This document shows positions 21,152 to 31,488 of a DNA stretch of 64,000 nucleotides, in pieces (position 1 is the stretch's first letter; each line of letters begins with the position of its first letter). The notes beneath the pieces were generated by a model. The model saw nothing but the letters and a program-made list of their open reading frames with translations. It was not told the DNA's origin and ran no database searches. The DNA comes from an uncultured Chloroflexia bacterium (GTDB lineage: Bacteria > Chloroflexota > Anaerolineae > B4-G1 > SLSP01): positions 77,975 to 141,974 of the forward strand of contig CAVVUS010000019.1 of assembly GCA_963751345.1 (NCBI GenBank). The letters run 5' to 3'. Made by a program: the position numbers and the translations under genes.

Positions 21152-23305
21152 ATGACAACGCAGACACCGACGGTACAACAACGCATTGAGGCACTGACAA
21201 AGACGAAGATCGAGAACACGCTGGCGAAGACGGAGCGCGACGGGTTCCACGACGTGGACGACCACGGGATGATCTATTGGCCCGAGCCCATCGAGTTCGA
21301 GCGGACCTCCAATCATCCGTCGGGTGGGTGCTACGGACCACGCTGCATCGGCGAGAACTTCCGGGCGTTTCTGGCGGCGCACCCCGTTTACATTCACCCG
21401 ATGAGCTCGCTGGCCGGGGCGTGGGCGGCGTTCGTACACGGCATCGGGGGGTGGCGGCCCGAGGACCGGCCCACACACCTGTATGAGCTCCACAAGCTGT
21501 ACGACCTGCAGAAGAACGGCATCGGCGCGATGAACCACCTTGGGCCGGATATGCGCATCGGGCTTGAACTGGGGTGGGGCGGTATTCTGGAGAAGATCCG
21601 CTACTGGCGCACGTTCAACCAGCCCGAGGACACGGGTTTCTACGACGGCGAGGAGGCCCTGGTCCTCGGCATCCAGGACTGGATCCGGCGCCACATCGCC
21701 TATGCTCGCGAGACAGCGGAGGCGACGGACGACGCATTTGTCCGCCAGAACATGCTCGACATCGCCGAGATGAACGAGTGGTTGGTCGACAACCCCCCGC
21801 GGACGCTGCGCGAGGCCTGCCAGTTCCTGGCCTGGTTCCAATCGGTCGATCGGATGTGGCGCGCCGGCGGCGCGCTGAGCCAGCTTGACGAGCTGCTGCG
21901 TCCCTACTACGAGGCCGACCAGGCCGCGGGCATCGGGAACGACGAGGCCGTCATCTGGCACCTCGCCAGCCTTTTCTACAACGACACCCACTACTCGCAG
22001 GTCGGCGGCCAGGCGCCCAACGGCCGGGATCTGACGAGCCCCATGTCGTTCCTAATCCTGGAGGCAGCGCACCGGCTGGCGATTCCCTACAACCTCGCGG
22101 TGCGCGTCCACGAGGGAATGGATATGCGGCTGCTCCACCGGGCGCTCGAATTCCATCTGGCCGACGGAACGGGACCGAGCTTCTCCTGTTCCGGCGGGCT
22201 GGACGCGGGTTACGCCAAGAGCGGGGTGCCGATCGAGCTCGCGCGGATGCGGGCGAAGGTGGGCTGCAACTGGACCGCGCTGCCGGGTATCGAGTATCCG
22301 CTCCAGGACATCACGCGGCAAAGCCTTATCAAGCCCTTCCTGCTCGCCTTCCGGGAGACGGTGGACGACGAGCCTGAGGCGCGGTCGATGGAGGCGCTGT
22401 GGGAGCGCTACGTCCACCATCTGCGGATCTCGTGCGACACGATGAAGCAGGGCTTCGACTGGCACATGACCTACCAGGGGCGCAACTCGGTCGAGATCGT
22501 GCTCAACCTCTTCTGTCACGGCCCGATCGAGCGCGGCCTCGACGTCGTCGAGGGTGGGGTCGACATCTACCGGCTGACTGCGGATGGCGTGGGGCTGGCC
22601 ACGGTGGCGGACTCGTTCGCGGCGATCGAGCAGCGGGTTGTGAACGAGGGCCGGCTGACCTGGGAGGGCCTCAAGGAAGTGCTCGACGCGGACTTCGAGG
22701 ACGCCGAGAACATCCGGCTGATGCTCAAGAACATCGCGCGCTTCGGCTCCGGCCACTCGCGGGCCGATTTCTGGGCAAAGCGCATCTCGCAGGCCTTTGT
22801 CGCGTGCTACGACGCGCCCACAGCCAAGGGCTACAGGATCCTGCCGGGGCTCTTCTCGCACGGCGACGTCGTCGATCTGGGCAAGATCGTGCCCGCGACG
22901 CCCAACGGGCGCCACGCAGGCGCGCCGATCTCGCACAGCTCCGAGCCCGACCCCGGCTTCTCGCGCATCGGTGCCGCGGCGCCCACGGCAAAGGCCGTCG
23001 CCGTGGCGACGGTACAGCCGGGCCGCGGGAACTCGGCCCCGCTGCAGCTCGACATCGACCGCAAGCTGATGAAGGACGCGGGCGGGATCGAGAACGTCGC
23101 GGCCATCATCATGACGCACAACCAGCAGGGTGGCACGCTGATCAACCTCAACATCATCTCGAAGGAGCAGATCCTGGAGGCGCACAAGGACCCGAGCAAG
23201 TTCCCGGACCTGGTGGTGCGGGTGACGGGCTACAGCGCGTTCTTCCACACGCTCTCGCCGGAGTACCGGCAGCAGGTCGTGGACCGGATCCTGTCGGAGG
23301 ATTAG
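21152..23305 (+). CDS. Glycyl radical enzyme (PFL-like family), atypical subgroup
   Basis: PPRTLREACQ, GLATVADS, ATPNGRHAG, C-terminal Gly loop LVVRVTGYSAFF; Cys loop KVGCNW. Confidence 0.88.
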   Translation: MTTQTPTVQQRIEALTKTKIENTLAKTERDGFHDVDDHGMIYWPEPIEFERTSNHPSGGCYGPRCIGENFRAFLAAHPVYIHPMSSLAGAWAAFVHGIGGWRPEDRPTHLYELHKLYDLQKNGIGAMNHLGPDMRIGLELGWGGILEKIRYWRTFNQPEDTGFYDGEEALVLGIQDWIRRHIAYARETAEATDDAFVRQNMLDIAEMNEWLVDNPPRTLREACQFLAWFQSVDRMWRAGGALSQLDELLRPYYEADQAAGIGNDEAVIWHLASLFYNDTHYSQVGGQAPNGRDLTSPMSFLILEAAHRLAIPYNLAVRVHEGMDMRLLHRALEFHLADGTGPSFSCSGGLDAGYAKSGVPIELARMRAKVGCNWTALPGIEYPLQDITRQSLIKPFLLAFRETVDDEPEARSMEALWERYVHHLRISCDTMKQGFDWHMTYQGRNSVEIVLNLFCHGPIERGLDVVEGGVDIYRLTADGVGLATVADSFAAIEQRVVNEGRLTWEGLKEVLDADFEDAENIRLMLKNIARFGSGHSRADFWAKRISQAFVACYDAPTAKGYRILPGLFSHGDVVDLGKIVPATPNGRHAGAPISHSSEPDPGFSRIGAAAPTAKAVAVATVQPGRGNSAPLQLDIDRKLMKDAGGIENVAAIIMTHNQQGGTLINLNIISKEQILEAHKDPSKFPDLVVRVTGYSAFFHTLSPEYRQQVVDRILSED

Positions 23306-23435
23306 CGGCGGTCCTCCCGCCCCGCGGACATGCGATTGGACCAATCTTCCGGGATTGGTCCAATCTTTCTCGCCTCGGGTAGGTGGCGCTAGTCTGCCCG
23401 CGCTGAGCGGGTGCTGTCCTCGGCAGCGGACCTCA

Positions 23436-24066
23436 CTCGCCCGCGCAGGGCCCCCGGATGGCCTTCCGCGTCCCGGGTAGACCTTTGAGGTTTTGCTTGT
23501 ATTGAAGGCATCACCACGAGAAGGAAAACCTCAAAGGTCTCTCGCTCGCGCAGGGCTCCCGGATGGCCTTCCGCGTCCCGGGCAGGCCTTTGAGGTTTTG
23601 CTTGTTTTGAAGGCATCACCACGAGAAGGAAAACCTCAACGGTCTCTCGCTCGCGCAGGGCTCCCGGATGGCCTTCCGCGTCCCGGGTAGACCTTTGAGG
23701 TTTTGCTTGTTTTGAAGGCATCACCACGAGAAGGAAAACCTCAAAGGTCTCTCGCCCGCGCAGGGCCCCCGGATGGCCTTCCGCGTCCCGGGTAGACCTT
23801 TGAGGTTTTGCTTTTTTAAGGCATCACCACGAGAAGGAAAACCTCAAAGGTCTCTCGCTCGCGCAGGGCCCCCGGATGGCCTTCCGCGTCCCGGGTAGAC
23901 CTTTGAGGTTTTGCTTGTTTTGAAGGCATCACCACGAGAAGGAACCTCAAAGGTCTCTCGCTCGCGCGCCCCCGGATGGCCTTCCGCGTCCTGGGTAGAC
24001 CTTTGAGGTTTTGCTTGTTTTGAAGGCTTCTACACGAGAAGGAAAACCTCAAAGGTCTCTCTCTCG
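23436..24066. repeat. Tandem array of six ~105-bp units, each with an inverted pair AGACCTTTGAGGTTTT / AAAACCTCAAAGGTCT (REPIN/BIME-like)
   Basis: GGATG anchor at 23456, 23561, 23666, 23771, 23874 and 23974; internal segments nearly identical. Confidence 0.9.
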
Positions 24067-24272
24067 CACACGCGGCGAGGATGGCTGGACGAGCGTCCGG
24101 GGAGGGGGGAGGGCCCGCGGTCCATCATCGCGAGCAGCCCGTCCCAATCCTGAAAGCACCCACCCACAAGGGGTGCTCCTACAGATGACGATCGTAGCGT
24201 AGTGGGCAGGGCTTGTCCTAGCCCTCTGGGCCTACTCGACCGAATAACTCAGGGCGTCCCTGCGTTGTATCC

Positions 24273-25553
24273 ATGACAACTCAATCCGGAGGTCTATCCA
24301 TGCCGTTGCTGTCCGTGTTCCTTGCCCCCGACGCCCACCAGGTGGGCGCGATCCGTGTGAAAACCGTGCTTCTCATTCTCGTTGCGGGCCCGCTGCTGCT
24401 GCTGGTGCTCGCCGTCGCGGCCTCAGCCCTCAGTAACATCGGCCTGCCCACGCGCTCGAGCGTGCTCGACCACCTCGCCGACGTGGAGAAGGCCCGGGTG
24501 GCTGAGTACCTCAACCTGGTCGCCGGCGTGGGTAGCGACGTCTGGCCCGGCAGCGCCGACCGGCCGGGGTGGGGTGATGTGACCATCCCGGTGATCGTGC
24601 ACAACGAGGCCTATGCCTTCCTGCTGGGCTATCCCGGCACGCCGCCCGAGGGATGGGTGATGATGCCGAGGAGAGAACAGCGGGGTGGGGCATGGGAGCC
24701 TGTGCCGGACGACGCGTTCATGGGACAGGTCTACTATCGCCAGCCGCTGCCCGCAACGGGTGAGACACCCGAGAACTTCGCCGTGCTGGTCGGAGATCGA
24801 TGGGTGGCAACGCTCTACACCAAGGAATACGCGAAGGTTGAGTTCTTTCAAGGCTTCCGGCACGACCTGCCGCCCTTCCTGCAACCGATCTTTCCGTATC
24901 GACTGGCCTGGGCGCTGCTGATGGGGTCGACCGAGAACTACGTGGGTGGGCTGGCGCACGAGGCCTTTCATGCCTATCAGGGCACCGTAGCACCCGAGCG
25001 GCTGGCTGCGGCAGAGCGCGCCAATGCCGCCGAGGCCGGGTATCCGTGGGATGCGTCGCAGGATGCGTGGAGCGCTGAGCTTTCGGCGCTCTACGACGCG
25101 GCAAAGGCAGCCGCCGATCCGGGCACGTCCGAGGACGAGGTCGCGGCGCCGGCGCGCACGTTCCTGGATCTGCGTGCGGAGCGTCGCGCGGGGCTTGGCT
25201 CAGACCTGGTCGCCTACGAGCAGCAACGTGAGTGGTTGGAGGGGCTGGCGAAGTACGCGGAACTATCGATCGGCCTGGCGGCGCAGCACGCCGTCAGCGC
25301 CGGAACGTACGTGCCGCTGCCCGCGCTGGCGGATGACCCCGAGTACAAGGGCTACCGCACGCGCGAGCGATACTGGACCGGACAGCTAGGCGAGGTCCAG
25401 CGGACAGGCGGACGGAGTGGAGAGACCCGCTTCTACTACGCGGGCTTCGCGCAGGGCGTGATTCTGGACCGGCTGATGCCGGAGTGGAAGGCCCGCGCGA
25501 TGGACGACGGCGTGTGGCTGGAGGCGCTGGTGGCGGAGGCGGTGACAGAGTGA
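24273..25553 (+). CDS. Membrane-anchored/secreted protein with HExxH motif (putative zinc peptidase; start may be ~24357)
   Basis: Hydrophobic N-terminus, LAHEAFHAYQ, downstream EWLEGLAKYAE. Confidence 0.7.
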   Translation: MTTQSGGLSMPLLSVFLAPDAHQVGAIRVKTVLLILVAGPLLLLVLAVAASALSNIGLPTRSSVLDHLADVEKARVAEYLNLVAGVGSDVWPGSADRPGWGDVTIPVIVHNEAYAFLLGYPGTPPEGWVMMPRREQRGGAWEPVPDDAFMGQVYYRQPLPATGETPENFAVLVGDRWVATLYTKEYAKVEFFQGFRHDLPPFLQPIFPYRLAWALLMGSTENYVGGLAHEAFHAYQGTVAPERLAAAERANAAEAGYPWDASQDAWSAELSALYDAAKAAADPGTSEDEVAAPARTFLDLRAERRAGLGSDLVAYEQQREWLEGLAKYAELSIGLAAQHAVSAGTYVPLPALADDPEYKGYRTRERYWTGQLGEVQRTGGRSGETRFYYAGFAQGVILDRLMPEWKARAMDDGVWLEALVAEAVTE

Positions 25554-25639
25554 GGCGGATCCCGGATGCCGGATGCCGGATGCCGGAAGCCGGTTGCCTC
25601 AGGCCAGGAACCCAAGACCTGAAGCCGGCTGACGAGTTC

Positions 25640-25712
25640 AGGTTCGTAGTAACCGATTCATCGGTTCGGGAGAAGGAGCTGAACGGAACGACTGAAGTCG
25701 CACCTACGAACC
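25640..25712. repeat. REP-like inverted pair GGTTCGTAG...CTACGAACC
   Basis: Related pairs at ~28420-28510 (degenerate) and 31370-31487; all within or bordering the Tad locus. Confidence 0.6.
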
Positions 25713-25731
25713 TGGGATGCGTACGAGACGA

Positions 25732-26250
25732 TTACTCGACCAGGCTCACGGACCTTACATCGCCGGGTTTGGTAAGGCCGCCCCCGGTCCACCCCAGCGC
25801 GCTCGTGCAGGCTGCGGGAGGATTGCCGTCGTCATCACACGGGATGCGCGTGAGCAGCACTTTGTGACGGCCGTGGCCCAGCACGAGGTAGTAAGGGCCG
25901 GGGATCGTGTCGATCTCGTAGACCTCCAGGCAGGCGACGCCGGTCGAGGGGAGGGCTAAAGGGGCCCCAGTCATCCTGGCAGGGCAGAAACATCGCGATT
26001 TCCAGTCCTCATCGTAGAGGACGCAGCAGTTCCACGTCTCACAGTTTGCGGCGCCGACTTCCTGGAGGAGGATCCAGTCGCCGCATTGGGGGTCTTGGGG
26101 CCAGTTGAGGGTGTTGTGGGCCATGGGTCAGACGTGGCCCGCGCCCTGAGTCACGCCGCAGACGGCGGCGCCATCGGCGGGGTCGCCAAAGCCGAGTTCG
26201 TGGGCGAAGGCGAGAGCGCCACGACGATGAGGACCAGGCCACGCGTGGGG
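25732..26250 (-). pseudogene. Decayed TadG-like (Tad-domain) pseudopilin gene
   Basis: Remnants RGLVLIVVALS and DGAAVCGVTQGAGHV*PMA (TGA where paralogs have W of LWP); Cys-rich body ending PGDVRSVSLVE*, like PGDVKAVSLIE* of the 28512-29758 gene. Confidence 0.6.
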
Positions 26251-26387
26251 ATGCTCTGATTCGCAAAAGCACTGGAAGGCGACGCAGGTCGGTGGTGGCG
26301 GATAGCCTCTTCACCGATGCAGCACACGCGCGGCGATCGCGTGTGGGCCTATCCGACGGCATCTAGTAGGGCATCGAGCCTCGCCGG

Positions 26388-27588
26388 TTACTCCGACAGC
26401 TGCACTACGATCGGTTCCTCAGGATCACCGGTACGCCGCTGCCTGGGGTCAAAGCTGTGCACTCATCGTAGCGGTCCATCTCGTTACCGTTCGAGTCCTT
26501 TGCGCACATTTTCTGGACGATCACGACCTGCGCCTTGTTTTCCTTGCGGTCGTCGGGGTCGGCGCCGCACATTAACCACGCATTGTAGTAGCCAATGACT
26601 CTAATACAGCCGAAGCCGGAGATGTGGTAGTAGTCCACGCCAGGGTTGATGTTCTGGCTGCACTGATACCAGTTGCTCAACGTATCGCCTGCGTTGCACT
26701 CGCGATCGAAGAGAAGAAGATTGTGGATTTCGTCACATTCATCGTTGATCGGTGTTTGAGGGCGGGCATGTCGCCGGACTCTCCGGCTACACAGTCGCGA
26801 ACGAAGATTGGACCTGGATGACCATTCTCGATCCAGCATTCCACGTTCTTCACTCCGCAGTTCTCGTGGCAGAAGCTAGGGTAAGGGTCAAGCGGAATCT
26901 GCAGGTCCAACCAACCCCTGCTGTCACTGTCAAGGTGCTGAACTTTGTCGATATCCGGCAGTCCGTCGGTGTTCGAGTCAAAGGCTTCCCCCAGGAACGA
27001 TACGTCGCATTCATTCTGCCCCGGGGCGCGCTGTAGGTCGACAGCAGGAAAGTCGCAGTTGTCCCAGGAGATCGTCGGGTCGCTGATGTAGGCATAGTAC
27101 AGCTCCCCGCACGCGATGCACTTTTCCGGATCCGTACACGTTCGATCATACACGTCCTCACCGACGGCGAGTGGCCATAGCCCCCCGCCGGCCACCGGAC
27201 CCTCGCAACTAGCCGAGGCCCGCGCCGATACCTCGACCTCGTCGAAGCCGATGGCCCGCGCGAAGAAGGTTTGTGCCGTTTCTGTTGCAACCACGGTGAC
27301 AGTCACCGGGGCCGACACCGTCACGACAGCTCCGTCCGCGCCATTCAGCTCGACGGCATACTTGTCGGCAGCCTTCGTCACGGTCGTCAACGTCGAAAAC
27401 TCATTCAGGCACAGCTCCCGGGCGCCCGCCAGCGCGCCGGCATCAGCAGCGTTCTGCATCTTCCGGCGTTCAGCATAGAGACTTCCCCCGTCAACTGCCA
27501 GAGCGACGATCGCGACCAGGACCAATAGGGCCAGGGCCACGAGCACCAGCACCTGACCCTTGTGACAAAGTATATCATGCCGTAGCAT
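26388..27588 (-). CDS. TadG-like pseudopilin with Cys-rich C-terminal domain; frameshifts
   Basis: KGQVLVLVALAL...AVDGG...MQNAADAGALAGA Tad motif; corrected end GDPEEPIVVQLSE* at 26388. Confidence 0.8.
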
Positions 27589-27625
27589 TATAATCCTCCC
27601 TGCGTGCCCAAGTGCACGCCGCCGG

Positions 27626-28127
27626 CTAAGTCTCAGGCTCCTGCGTACTGCCGAACATGACCATGACATTCTGACTGTGCATCGGTATCGTGTCCAGGCC
27701 CACAAGGCCGGTGAAGATGGTCGTGATGGTATAGTTGACGGTGACCGTGATCGGCTCACCTGCCACCCTGGTGGTGAGTCCCACTGCGCCGGATCGATCG
27801 TAACGGCAGCGATGGCGGGAACCGCGGGAACGGGATCGCCGGGAGTCGTGCAGTGCCCGATATCCACTCCGCTGTCGGCCGCCTCCTGGTACACCGCACA
27901 AGGATGTAACCGTTGATCGTGTCTGTGTGGTCGTACCGCGCGGCGAAGCGCGCTCCCTCGCGGGCGGCATTGTTGATAACAATGTAGCTGTTGAAGGCAC
28001 GCCCGAAGTCAGCGACGGCGGCGACCAAAAGCAGCAGCACCGGCAGAATCAGCGCCATCTCCACGAGGCTCTGGCCACGCCGCCAGCGTCGCGCCGTTAC
28101 TTTTCCCTTCCTTCGATGCTGTTCCAT
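27626..28127 (-). CDS. tadE: TadE-family pseudopilin; frameshifts
   Basis: RGQSLVEMALILPVLLLL...DFGRAF...NAAREGAR; C-terminal GEPITVTVNY. Confidence 0.85.
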
Positions 28128-28138
28128 AGGGCCTCACT

Positions 28139-28351
28139 TTGCCAAAACCCAGGTTCGTCGCCCTGGGTAACGCCACAGACCGCGGTGGCATCAGCCCCGA
28201 TGTCCACACTGTTGATGCCGACCATGCCGGCGAAGATGGTCCCGACCGTCTCCCGCGTGGCCACCGTGACGGTGATGTCGTCGGTCACGCTGACCGCAGC
28301 AGTGCCGGCTTCGTCAGGGCGCCACCCTCGACCGGCCAATGCCGGGCTCAA
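28139..28351 (-). pseudogene. Internal fragment of a TadG-like gene
   Basis: ITVTVATRETVGTIFAGMVGINSVDIGADATAVCGVTQG aligns with TVTVVATQTYATYFAGLIGFDEIPVDADATAVCG of the adjacent gene; no N- or C-terminus. Confidence 0.6.
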
Positions 28352-28511
28352 AGCACGCGCCTTCGGCGACCGCGTGGGGCTCGAGGCGCTGGTGGCGGAT
28401 GCTGGGTGACGAATCCTGATGTATGTAGCGCTCGTTTCATCGGTTCCGGCGAGTTCAGAACCGCCCGCTGCTCTCCTGAGAGTTCTGGACGCTTCCGAAC
28501 TCCGAAGTAGG

Positions 28512-29758
28512 CTACTCGATCAAACTCACGGCTTTGACGTCACCGGGATTCGCAGGATCACCTGTTGTCCATCCGGGTGCGGTGAAACACTCGGGCGGGG
28601 GAGTATGATCCGCTGTGCACGGTATGGTGCCCACTATTACCGGGGCCGGGGCGGTTTTCGTGTCGACAGGAAACGCGCGCAGGTAGCCTGCTGTGATCCA
28701 TTTGTCCTCGTCTTCGTGGTAGACTCCGACTTGCAGGCACAAGAGCTCATCAATGTAGTAGGCCTCGTTACCTCCGCTGTGAGAGTCCGTGATCTTGCAG
28801 ACGTTAAGATCCGGGTCAGTGTCGGAGTCCCCCTCGGAGATCGTGATGGTCCCGGGTACATTTTTCCCCGAGTAGTCAGGATCGTAGAGTGGTATATGTA
28901 CGATGCGACCGTCGGTGATCTTCTCGGCTGCGATCCAGCCTGAGGAAGCTACGCCCGAGCCGACACCCCCCGCATAGCAGTCGGGTAGGCTGAGATAGGG
29001 CGTGCACGCTTCGCCGTGAGCCTCGCCGGCGATCCGGTACTTGATCTCATCGGCGCCGACGCCCGCACTGTCGTTGCCCTCACAGGGGTCGTACTGCAGC
29101 AGACCGGCGGTGAAATCGACCATGCGGCCCGGTCGAGCGGGTACATCTTGGGCACATAGTTGGCGTTGCAGTCCAGGTACTCGAGCACATCATCCTTATT
29201 CTTGTCCTTGTACAGCGTGCAGCAGTCGAGCCCTCCGTCAGTTGGGTTGCCGCAGTTGATCTGGTTTGAGCCTTGCCAGATGATAACCCTGTCCCCACAC
29301 CCGATCTGGCTCTGGTCAACTGCCTGCTCCCAGCGATTCTTGTCGAATCCCACAGGCCACAGGTCGCCAACCGCCTCTGACTTTCCGCATACCGCTGTCG
29401 CGTCGGCATCGACCGGGATCTCGTCGAAGCCAATCAGACCCGCGAAGTAGGTGGCATAGGTCTGGGTGGCGACGACGGTCACGGTCGTGGGGGCCGTTAC
29501 TGTGACAAGAGCGCCTGCGGCACCATTCCTGTTGATGGTGTAATCACGGGCCACGCTCTCTGCGTTAGCTTCAGACCCAAAACACATCTCCCGCGCGCCA
29601 GCCAGCGCGCCGGCATCAGCCGCGTTCTGCATCGCTCGTCGCTCCTGGTATACACCACCGACGTCGACGGCCAGAGCGACGAACGCAAGGAGCGCGAGGA
29701 GCGCGACGGCTACGACCACCAATACCTGCCCGTATCGGGGCTCAGTCTCCTGCGTCAC
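28512..29758 (-). CDS. TadG-like pseudopilin with Cys-rich C-terminal domain; frameshift near 29120
   Basis: YGQVLVVVAVAL...AVDVG...MQNAADAGALAGA; ends PGDVKAVSLIE*. Confidence 0.82.
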
Positions 29759-29815
29759 TGGGTAACTCTCCTTCGTCTCACACTGCGTGCCACAATCCGG
29801 TGTGCGAGCCCAACA

Positions 29816-30265
29816 CTAATTGCCAAAGATCACCATCTCCGTAGAACTCCGAATCGGGAACTCCGGGAGGCCGATCAGACCGCCGATAAAGGTGGTGAAA
29901 GTGTACTGGACAGTCACGGAGATAGGATCGCCGCCGGCCAGGCCCTGGCTGGCCCCGATACTGATGATTGTGTTGTCCTCGGTTAGATCCATCCCGTTGT
30001 TCGCCGCGTCTTGTTTGACTGCCGTCTCGATGATGTCAACCGCCGGCACACAGACTCCCTTCTTGTCACAGGTCGTAGGTATGTGTGATGCCCGCCGCGC
30101 CCCTTCTCGCGATGCGTTGGTGATGACAATGTAGGAGTGGAAAGCGCGACCCATATCGACGACGCCCATCAGAAGTATCGCAAGCAGCGGCAACACGAGC
30201 GCCATCTCAACCAGGCTTTGGCCACGCTGCCTACGCCTCCGAAGCTCTACAGTGGTTCTCCTCAT
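29816..30265 (-). CDS. tadE: TadE-family pseudopilin
   Basis: RGQSLVEMALVLPLL...DMGRAF...NASREGAR. Confidence 0.9.
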   Translation of the reverse strand: MRRTTVELRRRRQRGQSLVEMALVLPLLAILLMGVVDMGRAFHSYIVITNASREGARRASHIPTTCDKKGVCVPAVDIIETAVKQDAANNGMDLTEDNTIISIGASQGLAGGDPISVTVQYTFTTFIGGLIGLPEFPIRSSTEMVIFGN

Positions 30266-30293
30266 TCTTGTCTTTCCCGCCTCATACCCTTGT

Positions 30294-31356
30294 TCAGGTC
30301 AATACAGCCTTGCCGTCGACGAGACGCTCGCGCACGAAGTCGCCCTGCGGCACGATGCGGAAGTGGGTGGCGTCGAGGGCGAACTCCATGTCGACGGCGT
30401 GGCGTCCTGCCCGGTTCTTCTCCACACTCAACACGACCCAGCCGCGCATCGTCTCGGCGTCGGACAGGTTATAGATCAGGTGCTCGCGGCTGACGATGTC
30501 GTACTTGCTGTTGAGGACCAGCCCTATGTCGGTCTCGTACTGAAGGGCCGAGCTCCCCCGCAGGTCGGACAGCCGCATCCGCTGCGATTGCAGCCCCAGC
30601 CGGTCGGCCGCCGCGACGGCGATGACCTGGATGCCCTCCGAGAGCGCCAGATCCTTGAGTCCGTGGGTGAGATAGGTCGTGATCTCGTCCTCGGTGCGCA
30701 GCAGGTCGCGGTTCACCGGCACCTTCTGCAGGTAGTCGACGATCACGGCGGTGTGCCCGTCCGGGATCCGACTGCATCGACCGGGCCCACTGTTGGATCT
30801 CCTGAAGCGACGTGTAGACGCCGCTGGCCTTGGCCAGGATCAGGCGATCGGCGTAGCCGTCAATCCGGGCGATGAGGTCGTGGTAGCGGGCATCCTCGCG
30901 CAACTGAGCGATGACGCCGCTGGTCTCGAGCGGGCTGAAAGAGAGCTGGCTGAGCTTGCGCAACGTGAGGGCGCTGTCGCGATCGCCGGCTTCCGCGCTC
31001 TCCAGGCAGAGGAGCCGCGTGAGCAGATGGGCGCGGTCGTGCTCATAGCAGATGTACATCGCCTTGTTCTGCTCGGCGGAGACCACGAAGTTGCGCGCGA
31101 TCTGGAGGGCCAGGATCGTCTTCCCCACACCATACGGCCCGCCGATGACGGCCAGCTCGCCCGGACGCAATCCCGCCGTTGAGGATGTCGTCCAGGGGGC
31201 TGAACCCCGTGGCCATAGGGTGGAACTGGGACAGGCGGCCGCTCTGGGAGAGCATCTCGAACTCTTCCATGACCCGGGTCACCGACGCGGGTCCCGGCGC
31301 CTCACTCAGCCGTTTGTGGTGCTGGGATCGAGCCAACTTCGTTCCAGTCCGTCCAT
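30294..31356 (-). CDS. DnaB-like (SF4 helicase C-terminal) ATPase lacking the DnaB N-terminal domain; frameshifts
   Basis: TGFSPLDDILNGG, GELAVIGGPYGVGKT (Walker A), YICYE, IVDYLQ, LKDLA, SDLRGSSALQYETD, VEKNRAG. Confidence 0.8.
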
Positions 31357-31488
31357 TGTGTTCTCTCCCGGAACCGCTGAAGCGGCACCTACGAACCTAC
31401 GCAGCTTAGTGCAAAAACGTAGAGCCGTTCGAGACAGGCCTCGAGCGGTACGTCCGCCGGAACCTGCTGAAGCGGTTACTACGAACTG

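Noticed and set aside
23436-24066. CRISPR array
   Set aside because: Intervening segments are near-identical rather than unique spacers, the period is ~105 bp, and no cas genes are present.
23389-24202. Small repetitive ORFs in the tandem array
   Set aside because: They are translations of the DNA repeat, whose unit length is a multiple of 3; no RBS or protein-like features.
30294-31356. Replicative dnaB or prophage helicase
   Set aside because: It is too short, lacks the N-terminal domain, and has no replication or phage neighbours.
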